Both the position numbers and the translations under genes were made by a program. From a virus (taxonomy: Duplodnaviria > Heunggongvirae > Uroviricota > Caudoviricetes), in IMG/VR virus record IMGVR_UViG_3300026097_000012, positions 72,953 through 127,549 of that record: a DNA stretch of 54,597 nucleotides; one strand, 5' to 3'. Shown here in pieces: positions 8,575 to 17,526 of this stretch. The notes under the pieces were generated by a model. The model had not been told where the DNA came from. It worked only from the letters and a program-made list of their open reading frames with translations, and searched no databases. The stretch's first letter is position 1, and every line of letters begins with the position of its first letter.

Positions 8575-9294
8575 ATGTACGAAGAGATTTATAACCTATG
8601 TTCCGTAAAGAACAAGGGATCTGTTTTTCAAAACGGATCGGATAAGATTACTCCACGAGTAGAATGGATCTTGAACTTCCTAATGGATAACAAGATGCCA
8701 TTCATACTCGATGAGTTTCCTGTTAAAGACGGAACAGGTTATAATATTATCCTTACTGGAGAGTCAGGTAAATGGGTTACATGCCATCATGATATTGTAA
8801 ACCCTAAGTCTGATAATGCAAATGACAATTCATGTTCTATTATAAATGCTATCTCGTTAAAACAACTTGCTCCTCATATTAATGTAGCAATACTCGATGG
8901 AGAAGAGCCAGGTGGTCTAGGATCAAATCGCCTTTCCTCTCAAATGAAAGCGGGTGACTACGGAGTAATTGATTGGATTCTAAATCTAGAGCTAACAGGT
9001 ATAGGAGGTAAAGATTTTCTGATCTGTAACTCTAATATGGACAAGTCACTAAGTAAACGAGTAAGAGATCTCTTTATATGCGATATCATTGGAGTACCAT
9101 TTAACGACTCAGTTATATTTAGAAAGAACGGTTTTGATTCTATAGTTATTAACCCTCTTCCTAGAATGGAGAACGGAAAATTAGATATGAGTGTCCTATT
9201 TAGATGTCATTCAATGAGTGATTCAGTAGATAAGATCTCAATAGAAGATATGAAAGTATTTACAGAAGAAGTTTTACTTCCGATCGTAAGTTAA
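8575..9294 (+). CDS. M28-family Zn metallopeptidase
   Basis: HHD, NANDN, DGEE..GLGS, NLELTG, CHS..DS ligands. Confidence 0.8.
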   Translation: MYEEIYNLCSVKNKGSVFQNGSDKITPRVEWILNFLMDNKMPFILDEFPVKDGTGYNIILTGESGKWVTCHHDIVNPKSDNANDNSCSIINAISLKQLAPHINVAILDGEEPGGLGSNRLSSQMKAGDYGVIDWILNLELTGIGGKDFLICNSNMDKSLSKRVRDLFICDIIGVPFNDSVIFRKNGFDSIVINPLPRMENGKLDMSVLFRCHSMSDSVDKISIEDMKVFTEEVLLPIVS

Positions 9295-9314
9295 GGCGTT
9301 TGTTTAAGGTTAGA

Positions 9315-9343
9315 GATTCCCTCAACGAAAGTTGGGGGTTTCT
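9315..9343 (+). terminator. Intrinsic terminator
   Basis: CCCTCAAC-GAAA-GTTGGGG + T. Confidence 0.75.
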
Positions 9344-9356
9344 CGTTTTTGGAGGC

Positions 9357-9459
9357 GAGCTAACTTTACCCCTTGAATCCTTGACATCGGAGGGCTCGCC
9401 TCGCTCTAGACTTTATTTAAATCAAATGTGAAATATTTAATTTATTTTGCCTATATTTA
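9357..9459 (+). promoter_or_regulatory. Dyad + promoter
   Basis: 9357-9397; TATATTTA at 9452. Confidence 0.75.
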
Positions 9460-9484
9460 CTTATAACTTAAAACAAATAGTAAT

Positions 9485-9844
9485 ATGGAAGCAATATTCA
9501 ATAGACATCTTAAAGATTTTCATGCGGATTTTACAATAGAATTTGACGTGAAAAATCCACCTCTAGCAAACATATCAGAAGAAGCACATCAGTATGAATA
9601 TGAAACAGGAACTGTAGTAAATGAATTAGGAGATGAATTATTTAATAATCTTAACTATAAGTGGCTGAAAGATTGGAGTTTTGCCGGTCGAAGCAATGGC
9701 TGGTTTGTTTTGTTGTGCGAAGGAGATGAATCCAAAATACAAGCAAAAACACTCAGAAGGCTAGAAAGTCTTGTTAAAGACTACCTAAACAAATACAAAT
9801 TAGCATTGGAGCATGCTTATAATTCGTTAAAAGAAAATGGCTAA
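9485..9844 (+). CDS. hypothetical protein
   Basis: First ORF after promoter. Confidence 0.75.
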   Translation: MEAIFNRHLKDFHADFTIEFDVKNPPLANISEEAHQYEYETGTVVNELGDELFNNLNYKWLKDWSFAGRSNGWFVLLCEGDESKIQAKTLRRLESLVKDYLNKYKLALEHAYNSLKENG

Positions 9845-10022
9845 GAAAAAGAAATACACGATTACTAAAGAACAACAATTGAAGTTCGACCGCAAGGCGA
9901 GCCGCGAGGAAGAGCTTGATAAGAATGGAGGCTGGTGCGCGGTCCATAAAGTCCACAAGTCAGACAAGACCTACTGCCGAACGAAGAAGCACTCGAAGCG
10001 AGACGACGAGCTTGGCTCATAA
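9837..10022 (+). CDS. small basic hypothetical protein
   Basis: RKASREEE..HKVHKSDK; overlaps upstream stop. Confidence 0.7.
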   Translation: MAKKKKYTITKEQQLKFDRKASREEELDKNGGWCAVHKVHKSDKTYCRTKKHSKRDDELGS

Positions 10023-10081
10023 CTAATTCCAAAAATAAGTTCATAAAAGTGTTAAGTATTCAAAGTAAATGCTTATATTTA
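9979..10081 (+). promoter_or_regulatory. Dyad embedded in CDS + promoter
   Basis: GAACGAAG 9979..TTGGCTC 10018 (40 bp); TATATTTA at 10074. Confidence 0.75.
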
Positions 10082-10104
10082 CTTATAACTTAAAACAAAC
10101 ACAC

Positions 10105-10473
10105 ATGAAGCATCTATTTTTTGTAGCACAGGACGGCAACGCAGACGAGTTGTTTGCAATGATTGAGTCAGATCATTTCGACGATCTTGCACTAACTCAA
10201 CTTAAATCAGAATATGAGAATGCAGAGATTGATGATACAGAATTCTGCGAACAAGTACAAGGGTACCTTAAATCCAATATCGTTCTTTCTATCTTTGCGG
10301 TAGTGATGGTGGAAAGAGAAGATTCAGATAATCCAACTCTTAAAATTGTTAGAGCTGAGAACGAAGACGATGCTTACAACAGATTTGCGTCTATGATTGG
10401 TCATACCGGAAGATCATTGAACGAAGGAGAAGAGGAAGGAGAAATTGTAATTCTAATAAGAGAAGTTAAGTAA
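10105..10473 (+). CDS. acidic hypothetical protein (start reassigned to 10105)
   Basis: Track start 10069 overlaps the promoter. Confidence 0.75.
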   Translation: MKHLFFVAQDGNADELFAMIESDHFDDLALTQLKSEYENAEIDDTEFCEQVQGYLKSNIVLSIFAVVMVEREDSDNPTLKIVRAENEDDAYNRFASMIGHTGRSLNEGEEEGEIVILIREVK

Positions 10474-10490
10474 CCGTAAATTAACCAAGT

Positions 10491-10652
10491 ATGAAAAAGA
10501 AAATAATCCAAGTATTCGTTGTAATTTGTATGATTATATCTGCAGTGATACTACACGAATTAATATTCCTACTTACTAAATTTATTCCTTATCCAATTGT
10601 GTTAGGTATGCTCGGAGGATGGGGACTGACCTATCTATACTATAGAAAGTAG
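10491..10652 (+). CDS. 53-aa membrane protein
   Basis: Two hydrophobic segments. Confidence 0.55.
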   Translation: MKKKIIQVFVVICMIISAVILHELIFLLTKFIPYPIVLGMLGGWGLTYLYYRK

Positions 10653-10667
10653 TTTGTTTAAAGTTAA

Positions 10668-10695
10668 ATGAGACCCTGCTTCGGCGGGGTCTCAT
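10668..10695 (+). terminator. Terminator-like hairpin
   Basis: ATGAGACCCTGC-TTCG-GCGGGGTCTCAT. Confidence 0.8.
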
Positions 10696-10701
10696 TGTTT
10701 G

Positions 10702-10885
10702 GAGCCAATTGATCTACGTTCTTCAGACTCTTAATTGGCTCCTCCTATAATATGTTTACTACGGAGTAGTTCATTATACAGACGAGCGAAGCTAATCCGA
10801 TCGCATGTCTGCCGAAGTTCGCTCTAACTTATGTGCAAAATAAATGGACGTTTTATTTTTTATCCAATAAAGTTTTGTATATTTA
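10702..10885 (+). promoter_or_regulatory. Dyad-decamer-dyad + promoter
   Basis: 10702-10741 and 10784-10824, ACTACGGAGT 10758; TATATTTA at 10878. Confidence 0.8.
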
Positions 10886-10911
10886 CTATGTAACCAATTA
10901 ATTTCAAGTAT

Positions 10912-11325
10912 ATGAACAAAGAAGAGTTAGTAACCAAGTTTAAGAAGAGAGGTAGTAAGGACCTATCTAAGAAATTAGATAATCCAAAAACTACAGATTT
11001 GGAAAAGAAGGCAATCACTGAATTGCTCGTCAAGAGAGGAGTAATTAAGGAGGAGGCAAAGAAACCAGTTGCCACAAAAAAGAAAGCGACAAAGAAATCC
11101 CCAGCCAAAAAGAAATCGGCAAACGTGGATGTAATTGCTGACTTCCTAAAAGTAGGAGACGAGGCTAAAATCAAATCTAAGGCTAAGTCCACGTTGGGCC
11201 AAATGATCAATGCAAAGGTCGTGAAGATCTATGCATGTAATCGAACAGGCAAGAATTACGTGAGATTAAAGGCAGATGGTCACACGTACCACAAACGCTT
11301 AAATGCATTTGAACCTGCAGAGTAG
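10912..11325 (+). CDS. Lys-rich probable nucleic-acid-binding protein
   Basis: KKKATKKSPAKKK histone-H1-like linker. Confidence 0.7.
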   Translation: MNKEELVTKFKKRGSKDLSKKLDNPKTTDLEKKAITELLVKRGVIKEEAKKPVATKKKATKKSPAKKKSANVDVIADFLKVGDEAKIKSKAKSTLGQMINAKVVKIYACNRTGKNYVRLKADGHTYHKRLNAFEPAE

Positions 11326-11345
11326 GAATTAAATCCCTCGCATAG

Positions 11346-11372
11346 AAACCCTGGCTTCGGCTAGGGTTTTTT
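11346..11372 (+). terminator. Intrinsic terminator
   Basis: AAACCCTGGC-TTCG-GCTAGGGTTT. Confidence 0.8.
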
Positions 11373-11386
11373 CGTTTACTACGATA

Positions 11387-11489
11387 GAGCCAAGACATCT
11401 CGAAACAGAGGCGGGAGAGCTCGCTCATTGATTTCTTGCAAATGAAATGTCATTTTATTTTTTTAATCCATTGATATTATGTATATTTA
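11387..11489 (+). promoter_or_regulatory. Dyad + promoter
   Basis: 11387-11426; TATATTTA at 11482. Confidence 0.8.
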
Positions 11490-11528
11490 ACATGTAATTA
11501 ATTATTAATCAATTAAAAATTAAAGCGC

Positions 11529-11996
11529 ATGAAAAAACTAATTTTGTTATCAAGTCTTCTTCTTTTAGTAGGAGTAGCATTTTCATCACCATCAATTGAC
11601 ATAGAGTCAACTGATATTACAAGTGTTGATATTGTTCAATCATCGGTCACAAAAGTTCCGGAAGCATCGGTCCCAGTGTTTGATGGATTATTCCATCTAG
11701 TGGAAATCAAGATTTTATCTAGACATTTAGAATACATCACTGATACTGTCTATGATTTGGTCGAAGTCCACAAACCACATGATATATTTTTACGTGTACA
11801 GGTTGACTCCTCTATGTATAAAGACTATATTATACACGATATTGGAAATTTTGAAAATATAGATACCATTCGATATCTTGAGATATATGAGCAGGATGAA
11901 TGTAATCATGCCAATGTCGTACATATCAATTGGTTAAATAAATCGATAGTTGATCTTGTCTATGTACCAATTGACGATATAGAAAAGATTGAATAA
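11529..11996 (+). CDS. secreted hypothetical protein
   Basis: N-terminal signal peptide MKKLILLSSLLLLVGVAFS. Confidence 0.7.
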   Translation: MKKLILLSSLLLLVGVAFSSPSIDIESTDITSVDIVQSSVTKVPEASVPVFDGLFHLVEIKILSRHLEYITDTVYDLVEVHKPHDIFLRVQVDSSMYKDYIIHDIGNFENIDTIRYLEIYEQDECNHANVVHINWLNKSIVDLVYVPIDDIEKIE

Positions 11997-12015
11997 ACGG
12001 TTTACTAAATTTAAG

Positions 12016-12042
12016 AAAAACCCCGCATGGCGGGGTTTTTTT
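12016..12042 (+). terminator. Intrinsic terminator
   Basis: AAAAACCCCGC-ATG-GCGGGGTTTTT. Confidence 0.85.
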
Positions 12043-12057
12043 ATGCTCTGTTGTCTA

Positions 12058-12160
12058 GAGCAAGGGATCCCCGATAATAGAGTTTGTCTCCTCGCTCTAA
12101 TTAAATGCGCAAAATAAATGACGTAAAATTTTTTATATCCAAGCAAATTGCCTATATTTA
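12058..12160 (+). promoter_or_regulatory. Dyad + promoter
   Basis: 12058-12097; TATATTTA at 12153. Confidence 0.8.
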
Positions 12161-12183
12161 CTTATAACTTAAAACAAAGGATT

Positions 12184-12366
12184 ATGAAAATTATGAAAAA
12201 CGTTATGTATATTATTGGATTATTCGCGACACTAGTAATGGTGTTCGGAGGAATCATCCATTATTTTGGTAATGAGCACGGTGACTCAGTTATTCTAGTT
12301 GCCGGGATGGTAGCAGTAGCGTGTTTATTTAGTATTGATGCATTATCTAAAGAGGAGACATTATGA
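12184..12366 (+). CDS. two-TM membrane protein (start reassigned to 12184)
   Basis: Hydrophobic segments; track start lies in promoter. Confidence 0.65.
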   Translation: MKIMKNVMYIIGLFATLVMVFGGIIHYFGNEHGDSVILVAGMVAVACLFSIDALSKEETL

Positions 12367-13022
12367 AGATTACAAAGAAGGACTGGGACAGAATGCTAGA
12401 TTTAATACTCACTAATAATGAAGGAGAGACCGTTGCCAAGTCGATAAAGGATCCAAACAAGGCCGCTGCTAGATTTATATGTGGCCTTAAATTAATGGGA
12501 CTAGACATTGATTACAGAAGCACATGGAACGATCCAGTATATGTAGAAGAATTTTCATGTTTCGGTAATAGAGCTATCGAACTAGGAGGACCTGATTTCA
12601 TCGTCCATATTCTGAATGAGTTTAGAAAAACAGAGATCCCCTTGTATGTCAGAGAGAAGAGAGAAAAGTACATCGGAAAGAATATGAATAATGGATATGT
12701 ATCATTCATATCTAAGGCGATTATTGATGCAGGGTTTGACATTAACTATCTAAACAGCGGAGGATATGCAATGACCTCAGCAGGAAAATACGCAATGGAA
12801 CGTAACGGAAGAAAGTGGACCATTGGATATAAAACAGAAATCCAAATCGGAGAGGAGAAATATACATTCAACTTCGATGCTATTACATGTGAAGGAGGAG
12901 GACCAACGAGTTATGTAGTGCATGAAACAAGCTCTAGCATATTTGATTCAATGATATGGTCTGAGGTTGGTAAGACATCATTTAAATCTCAATTACTCAA
13001 GCAACTAAAAGAAGCTGCGTAA
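12363..13022 (+). CDS. hypothetical protein
   Basis: 219-aa ORF. Confidence 0.8.
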   Translation: MKITKKDWDRMLDLILTNNEGETVAKSIKDPNKAAARFICGLKLMGLDIDYRSTWNDPVYVEEFSCFGNRAIELGGPDFIVHILNEFRKTEIPLYVREKREKYIGKNMNNGYVSFISKAIIDAGFDINYLNSGGYAMTSAGKYAMERNGRKWTIGYKTEIQIGEEKYTFNFDAITCEGGGPTSYVVHETSSSIFDSMIWSEVGKTSFKSQLLKQLKEAA

Positions 13023-13046
13023 AAACAGTGACTACGGAGTAATAAG

Positions 13047-13070
13047 AACCTCAGCAATGCTGGGGTTTTT
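13047..13070 (+). terminator. Intrinsic terminator
   Basis: AACCTCAGC-AAT-GCTGGGGTT + T. Confidence 0.8.
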
Positions 13071-13084
13071 AGTTCCGATAGCGG

Positions 13085-13174
13085 GAGCCAATCTCCTCCG
13101 TGCTTGTCACTCGACATTTAATTTTAAATAAATGTCAATTTATTTTTTAGATACACAAATTATTCTTATATTTA
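13085..13174 (+). promoter_or_regulatory. Short dyad variant + promoter
   Basis: GAGCCAA 13085..TCACTC 13112; TATATTTA at 13167. Confidence 0.65.
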
Positions 13175-13197
13175 CTTATAACTTAAAAAAACAGATT

Positions 13198-13497
13198 ATG
13201 TGGATTCAATCAGTAATTAATGCAATGTCTCAAGTCGACGAAAACAAACTTAAAAGAGTAATATCACTTAACCCCGATGGGGATTGGAGTGAAGAGGAAT
13301 GGAAAGAGTATAACTATGTAGCAGGCGCAGTAGTTGAACCATTTACTTTTCCAGGATGTGAATCAGAAGAAGAGGATTTATTCTATGAAAAATCAGATGA
13401 GTTCGGACCAGACTTTATTAAGTCTATTACAGATGGTCTTGATAACCGAGACGAGTGGAATAAATTAATTGATTTAGTAGACGTAATAGGATATTAA
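13198..13497 (+). CDS. highly acidic hypothetical protein (start reassigned to 13198)
   Basis: D/E-rich; first ATG after leader. Confidence 0.7.
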   Translation: MWIQSVINAMSQVDENKLKRVISLNPDGDWSEEEWKEYNYVAGAVVEPFTFPGCESEEEDLFYEKSDEFGPDFIKSITDGLDNRDEWNKLIDLVDVIGY

Positions 13498-13522
13498 GAT
13501 GGAGAAGAAAACATCAGTAACG

Positions 13523-13547
13523 AGACCGGCGAAAGTCGGTCTTTTTT
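13523..13547 (+). terminator. Intrinsic terminator
   Basis: AGACCGGC-GAAA-GTCGGTCT + T. Confidence 0.8.
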
Positions 13548-13560
13548 GTTTCTGATCCTC

Positions 13561-13663
13561 GAGTAAGCTGTGTCCAGATTTAAGGCGATCCCGCTGGCTC
13601 CACATAATATGTAAAACTTTTTTAAAAAGATTGCAATGGATTAAAAGATAATTCGTATATTTA
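13561..13663 (+). promoter_or_regulatory. Dyad + promoter
   Basis: 13561-13600; TATATTTA at 13656. Confidence 0.8.
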
Positions 13664-13736
13664 CTTATAACATTAAAACAAACAGTATGATGACTCCTTT
13701 AAATTATACGCTAATTAACACATTAAAAGAGCAACT

Positions 13737-14066
13737 ATGAAAAAGACATTATACCATGGAACCTCAATTAAGAATGTGGAATCCATCTTGGAGACGGGCC
13801 TGAAGAAGTCAATCTTTGAACAGGCTGTATACCTCACAGAGTCGGCAGAGTCCGCTGCACGTTGGACCGGATTTAAACTACAAACAATGGGAGAAGAAAC
13901 TCTTGCAGTAATTGAGGTTACAGTTGATGAAGACCGGCTTTCACCTGGGTGTGACCATTCTCCCCTAATGCAGAGTATGTTTGGAGCCGGAGAAAGTATC
14001 TTACACGAAGGGGATATAACACCAGAAGAAATAATACGTGTAATATACTTTGGTAAAAAAGTATAA
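13737..14066 (+). CDS. ADP-ribosyltransferase-fold protein (Tpt1/DarT-like)
   Basis: LYHGT..SILETGL..AVYLT. Confidence 0.65.
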   Translation: MKKTLYHGTSIKNVESILETGLKKSIFEQAVYLTESAESAARWTGFKLQTMGEETLAVIEVTVDEDRLSPGCDHSPLMQSMFGAGESILHEGDITPEEIIRVIYFGKKV

Positions 14067-14198
14067 TATAATTCCCTAATAAAAATGAAGAAGCTAATAT
14101 AGAAATAAGCTGCCCTAACCAGTGGGTGTAACTGATAAACAGGTTGATAGGCATTTCGCGATAAACCTATCAATGTAGAGATAACACTTTCAATTTTT

Positions 14199-14225
14199 AC
14201 CCAGTCAGAAATGACTGGGTTTTTT
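14199..14225 (+). terminator. Intrinsic terminator
   Basis: ACCCAGTCA-GAAA-TGACTGGGT + T. Confidence 0.85.
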
Positions 14226-14239
14226 GTTTTTGAGGATCA

Positions 14240-14341
14240 GAGCAAGATCAGTCGAAGAAGAACGCGATCCCGCTGGCTCTGATTTATTTTCAAATCAGTT
14301 GTGAAATAATTTTACGGTATGAAATAAATTTCTTATATTTA
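14240..14341 (+). promoter_or_regulatory. Dyad + promoter
   Basis: 14240-14279; TATATTTA at 14334. Confidence 0.8.
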
Positions 14342-14367
14342 TAGTATAATATATAAAATGATAAAAC

Positions 14368-14907
14368 ATGGGATTAGATATAACAGCAATTAGCGGAGTA
14401 GTAACTAAGAATACAGATCCAATTGCATATGACTTTCACTCTCTACTTGATGCAGAGACAAATACGTTTTATGTTAATCCTGATTTTCCAGAACATGGGG
14501 CTGAGTTTGAAGTTAGCAATGGTGAAGTGGAATATATCAAATCGGACGAAGCAGAGGAATTCAACTTTAGAGTTGGCTCATATAGTACGTATAACAAGAT
14601 TCGTAACTTAATCTGTTTGGCAATTCATGGTGTAAAAGTAGAAAACGCATGGGATAATCCAGGTAAGTATTCTACAATGGCTCTCTGGGATTTACTTAAC
14701 TTTTCAGATTGTGAAGGAGTTATTGATTCTGTAACGAGTGAAAGTATTTTAACAGACCTTAAAGAGAACCGAGAAAAATTCGTTAACTATATAAAACAAG
14801 ATACAGATATTGGAGACATGGATACGGAACACTACATTGATTCGTATAATAGCTTTATTAAATGCTTTGAATTAGGAGCAGACAGTGGAGTTGTAATATT
14901 TGGATAA
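14368..14907 (+). CDS. conserved phage hypothetical protein
   Basis: MGLDI start; LLNFSDCEGVI motif. Confidence 0.8.
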   Translation: MGLDITAISGVVTKNTDPIAYDFHSLLDAETNTFYVNPDFPEHGAEFEVSNGEVEYIKSDEAEEFNFRVGSYSTYNKIRNLICLAIHGVKVENAWDNPGKYSTMALWDLLNFSDCEGVIDSVTSESILTDLKENREKFVNYIKQDTDIGDMDTEHYIDSYNSFIKCFELGADSGVVIFG

Positions 14908-14925
14908 AAACTAAACGAACAAAAT

Positions 14926-15177
14926 ATGACAGGACAAGATGTTGATTCACTAATAAGATACGGAGCTACTGACCGAGTACGCAAACATATTAAAAAACTA
15001 GGTATGAAGTCTAGAATGCGTCTGCTTAGAGACTGTGTACCTAACGTTAATGCTACTACGGAGTCACTTAAATTCTTTAAAGAAAACTTCTCAAAGGAAA
15101 TAGGAGCTCTAATGATGGCGGAACAAGACATAGATAAAGCCGTGGCCTTATATAATGAGGCAAAAAAATTAAAGTAA
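14926..15177 (+). CDS. hypothetical protein
   Basis: ORF in operon. Confidence 0.7.
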   Translation: MTGQDVDSLIRYGATDRVRKHIKKLGMKSRMRLLRDCVPNVNATTESLKFFKENFSKEIGALMMAEQDIDKAVALYNEAKKLK

Positions 15178-15491
15178 TGAAAAATACTCTTACTTATTTC
15201 GATGAAATACTTCAAGCAGATTTTAAAATTCCTGCATTCGAAGAAGTAACTCCTTCTATTTTACGAGAAGAATACGATGATGAGGTTTATAGATCCATCT
15301 ATGCCTCGCTTGCAAGATTAGAAGTTAACCCTGATTGGGCTAACATTCCTTGTTTTTCTATGAATGGAGTAATTTTTGAAATAGACAGAGGAGACCACAT
15401 CGAACATTTAAATAATTGTTTAGACTATTTTACAAAGAGCGAAGAGTACGAGATCTGCTCCCACCTAGTTCGGCTCAAGAATACTTTATAA
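15177..15491 (+). CDS. UVR-motif-containing protein
   Basis: SEEYEICSHLVRLKNTL. Confidence 0.7.
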   Translation: MKNTLTYFDEILQADFKIPAFEEVTPSILREEYDDEVYRSIYASLARLEVNPDWANIPCFSMNGVIFEIDRGDHIEHLNNCLDYFTKSEEYEICSHLVRLKNTL

Positions 15492-15538
15492 ATTATTTCC
15501 CCTAGATTTTTTTAATCCAAATAAGTTTCTTATATTTA
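15437..15538 (+). promoter_or_regulatory. Dyad embedded in CDS + promoter
   Basis: GAGCGAAG 15437..TCGGCTC 15476 (40 bp); TATATTTA at 15531. Confidence 0.8.
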
Positions 15539-15556
15539 ACTATATAATTAAACAAC

Positions 15557-15868
15557 ATGGATAAAGAAAGATATAAATTAGTAGAAAGACAATGGGAAGG
15601 CTGGAATTTTCAGTCTGTTCAAGAAACTTCTAGAGATACTATGGTAAGTTACTATAGAGTAGAGGACAATAACGGAATCAGAGAAGGACTTGAAGTTTAC
15701 ACTGGAGAAAACTATGTAGTTGGATCCAAAAAGAGAAGCTATTCACGTCACTATCCAATCACAAACAAACATTCTATTTTAGAACTACCAGTAGATAGAA
15801 GAGAAAAGGTCGTTGAGATGCGAGCTGCTCTAAAAAGAATGTTAGGAAATAAACTTTTAAAGATATAA
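15557..15868 (+). CDS. hypothetical protein
   Basis: First ORF after promoter. Confidence 0.75.
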   Translation: MDKERYKLVERQWEGWNFQSVQETSRDTMVSYYRVEDNNGIREGLEVYTGENYVVGSKKRSYSRHYPITNKHSILELPVDRREKVVEMRAALKRMLGNKLLKI

Positions 15869-15870
15869 TT

Positions 15871-16074
15871 ATGGGACATAGAAGAAGAGGAGATAATACA
15901 ATTAGAGGATTTTTAACCTCTATCTTATATTTTGCCCTAATAATGGTTGTAATATACGTATTACTCGGATGGGCATATGCTAAAGAATCAGGAGAATCAT
16001 TTAACATTGTTTATGAATTTGGAAAGGCAGTTAAACTATTTTGGACTCATTTAAAAGATGGATGGAATAGTTAA
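15871..16074 (+). CDS. single-TM membrane protein
   Basis: Hydrophobic segment. Confidence 0.65.
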   Translation: MGHRRRGDNTIRGFLTSILYFALIMVVIYVLLGWAYAKESGESFNIVYEFGKAVKLFWTHLKDGWNS

Positions 16075-16138
16075 AACTTAACCTCTTCTTGTAGTATAAG
16101 ATAGTAATGTATGTTATTACTTATTTCCCCCTCACAAT

Positions 16139-16159
16139 GGCTCGCTTCGGCGGGCTTTT
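16139..16159 (+). terminator. Intrinsic terminator
   Basis: GGCTCGC-TTCG-GCGGGCT + T. Confidence 0.75.
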
Positions 16160-16175
16160 ATTGTTTCTAGAGGCG

Positions 16176-16278
16176 GAGCCAAGCTAATCCGATCGCATGC
16201 CAACAGGAGTTCGCTCCGTAATAAATAAAAAATAAATGTGAAATAATTTTTTTTATTCAAATTAATCGCTTATATTTA
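16176..16278 (+). promoter_or_regulatory. Dyad + promoter
   Basis: 16176-16216; TATATTTA at 16271. Confidence 0.8.
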
Positions 16279-16306
16279 CTATATAATCTTAAACAAATAA
16301 TATCCA

Positions 16307-16465
16307 ATGAAAAAAGGAAAATCTACAAAATCTTTAAACTGCAAATTCTGTGGTGATGAAGTAAAGAACGTAGGACACTATACGGTTAAAGTAACTTGCT
16401 GGAAATGTGTTAACCTATCAATGCAAACTACCGTTCCACTTGCCGATGAAGGGGACGATGACTAA
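16307..16465 (+). CDS. 52-aa Zn-ribbon protein
   Basis: CKFC..CWKC; first ORF after promoter. Confidence 0.6.
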   Translation: MKKGKSTKSLNCKFCGDEVKNVGHYTVKVTCWKCVNLSMQTTVPLADEGDDD

Positions 16466-16511
16466 TAAATGATCTAAAAATAAATTACTTAAAAACAAAC
16501 TAAAAAGTACT

Positions 16512-17240
16512 ATGAAAAATTACAAGCAAAAATCAGAGAGTTTAGATAGATATTTCAAATCTATCCAAGACCTCAACCCATTAGCTAAATCCGAAGAAAT
16601 CGAATTAGCGAAAAAAGCAAAAGCTGGAGATACTCGAGCTATGAACAAGCTAGTTGAGCACAACTTAAAAATTGTGGTAACAATAGCTAATAAGAACGTA
16701 GGTCGTGGAATCGATGTGGACGACTTGATCCAACAAGGAAACTTAGGATTATTCGAAGCGGCTCAACGCTTCGATCCTGAAGCAGGTGTTAGATTCTCTA
16801 CATTCGCAGGAACTAGAGTCCTAAAGATGATGAATCAATTAATTGACACGTGTGGGAGAGTCGTACGAATCCCCGTAAACCAGGAATATAAAAGATATCT
16901 TGCTTTGAAAAAAGGTGAAGAGGTTGAAAACCTTAATCCTGTAAAGATTGATGACTTTGTTCAAGATGACAAAGGTAAGTCTAAAGCAGATTCTGGAATA
17001 CTATCGGTGGGGCCATCGATTGAAGAAGAGCACAACATTGAAGACTTCAAAGTTCGTACGACAACGCTTCTATCCGGTCTAAAAGAACGAGACAGAAAGA
17101 TTATAAAGCTTTACTTTGGAATCGACTGTCCTGATGCTTTGCCTACTAAGGAAATCGCGGAAGAGGTAAACTTAACTCAAATCAGAGTATGTCAGATTAT
17201 CAACTCTGCGAAGAAGCAACTTCAATTAGCCATCCAGTAA
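16512..17240 (+). CDS. RNA polymerase sigma factor, RpoD/sigma-70 family
   Basis: Region 1.2 (LDRYF..I), region 2 (DLIQQGNLGLFEAAQRFDP..RFSTFA), region 4 HTH (EIAEEVNLTQIRVCQI). Confidence 0.92.
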   Translation: MKNYKQKSESLDRYFKSIQDLNPLAKSEEIELAKKAKAGDTRAMNKLVEHNLKIVVTIANKNVGRGIDVDDLIQQGNLGLFEAAQRFDPEAGVRFSTFAGTRVLKMMNQLIDTCGRVVRIPVNQEYKRYLALKKGEEVENLNPVKIDDFVQDDKGKSKADSGILSVGPSIEEEHNIEDFKVRTTTLLSGLKERDRKIIKLYFGIDCPDALPTKEIAEEVNLTQIRVCQIINSAKKQLQLAIQ

Positions 17241-17250
17241 ATCATAGATC

Positions 17251-17526
17251 ATGAGAGAGAAAGTATTAATATTCGACGGGAAGGACTTACATGAAATTGG
17301 CGCTGAATACTTCTTCCAACATCCGGTTATAAGAGACCTGAAGAAAGATGATGTATTACATATATACCAACACACTATGTTTCTCAATTATTCAGCAGAA
17401 CAAAATGAGGAGGATAAAATCAAAATGGAAAAGGGTTCCAATATCCTAGAACAAATGGTTTTAGATATGTACGGCAAAAAGGAAGGTCAACCTCATATTG
17501 ATCGAGTAAATTACATGATTACATGA
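17251..17526 (+). CDS. hypothetical protein
   Basis: ORF in operon. Confidence 0.7.
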   Translation: MREKVLIFDGKDLHEIGAEYFFQHPVIRDLKKDDVLHIYQHTMFLNYSAEQNEEDKIKMEKGSNILEQMVLDMYGKKEGQPHIDRVNYMIT

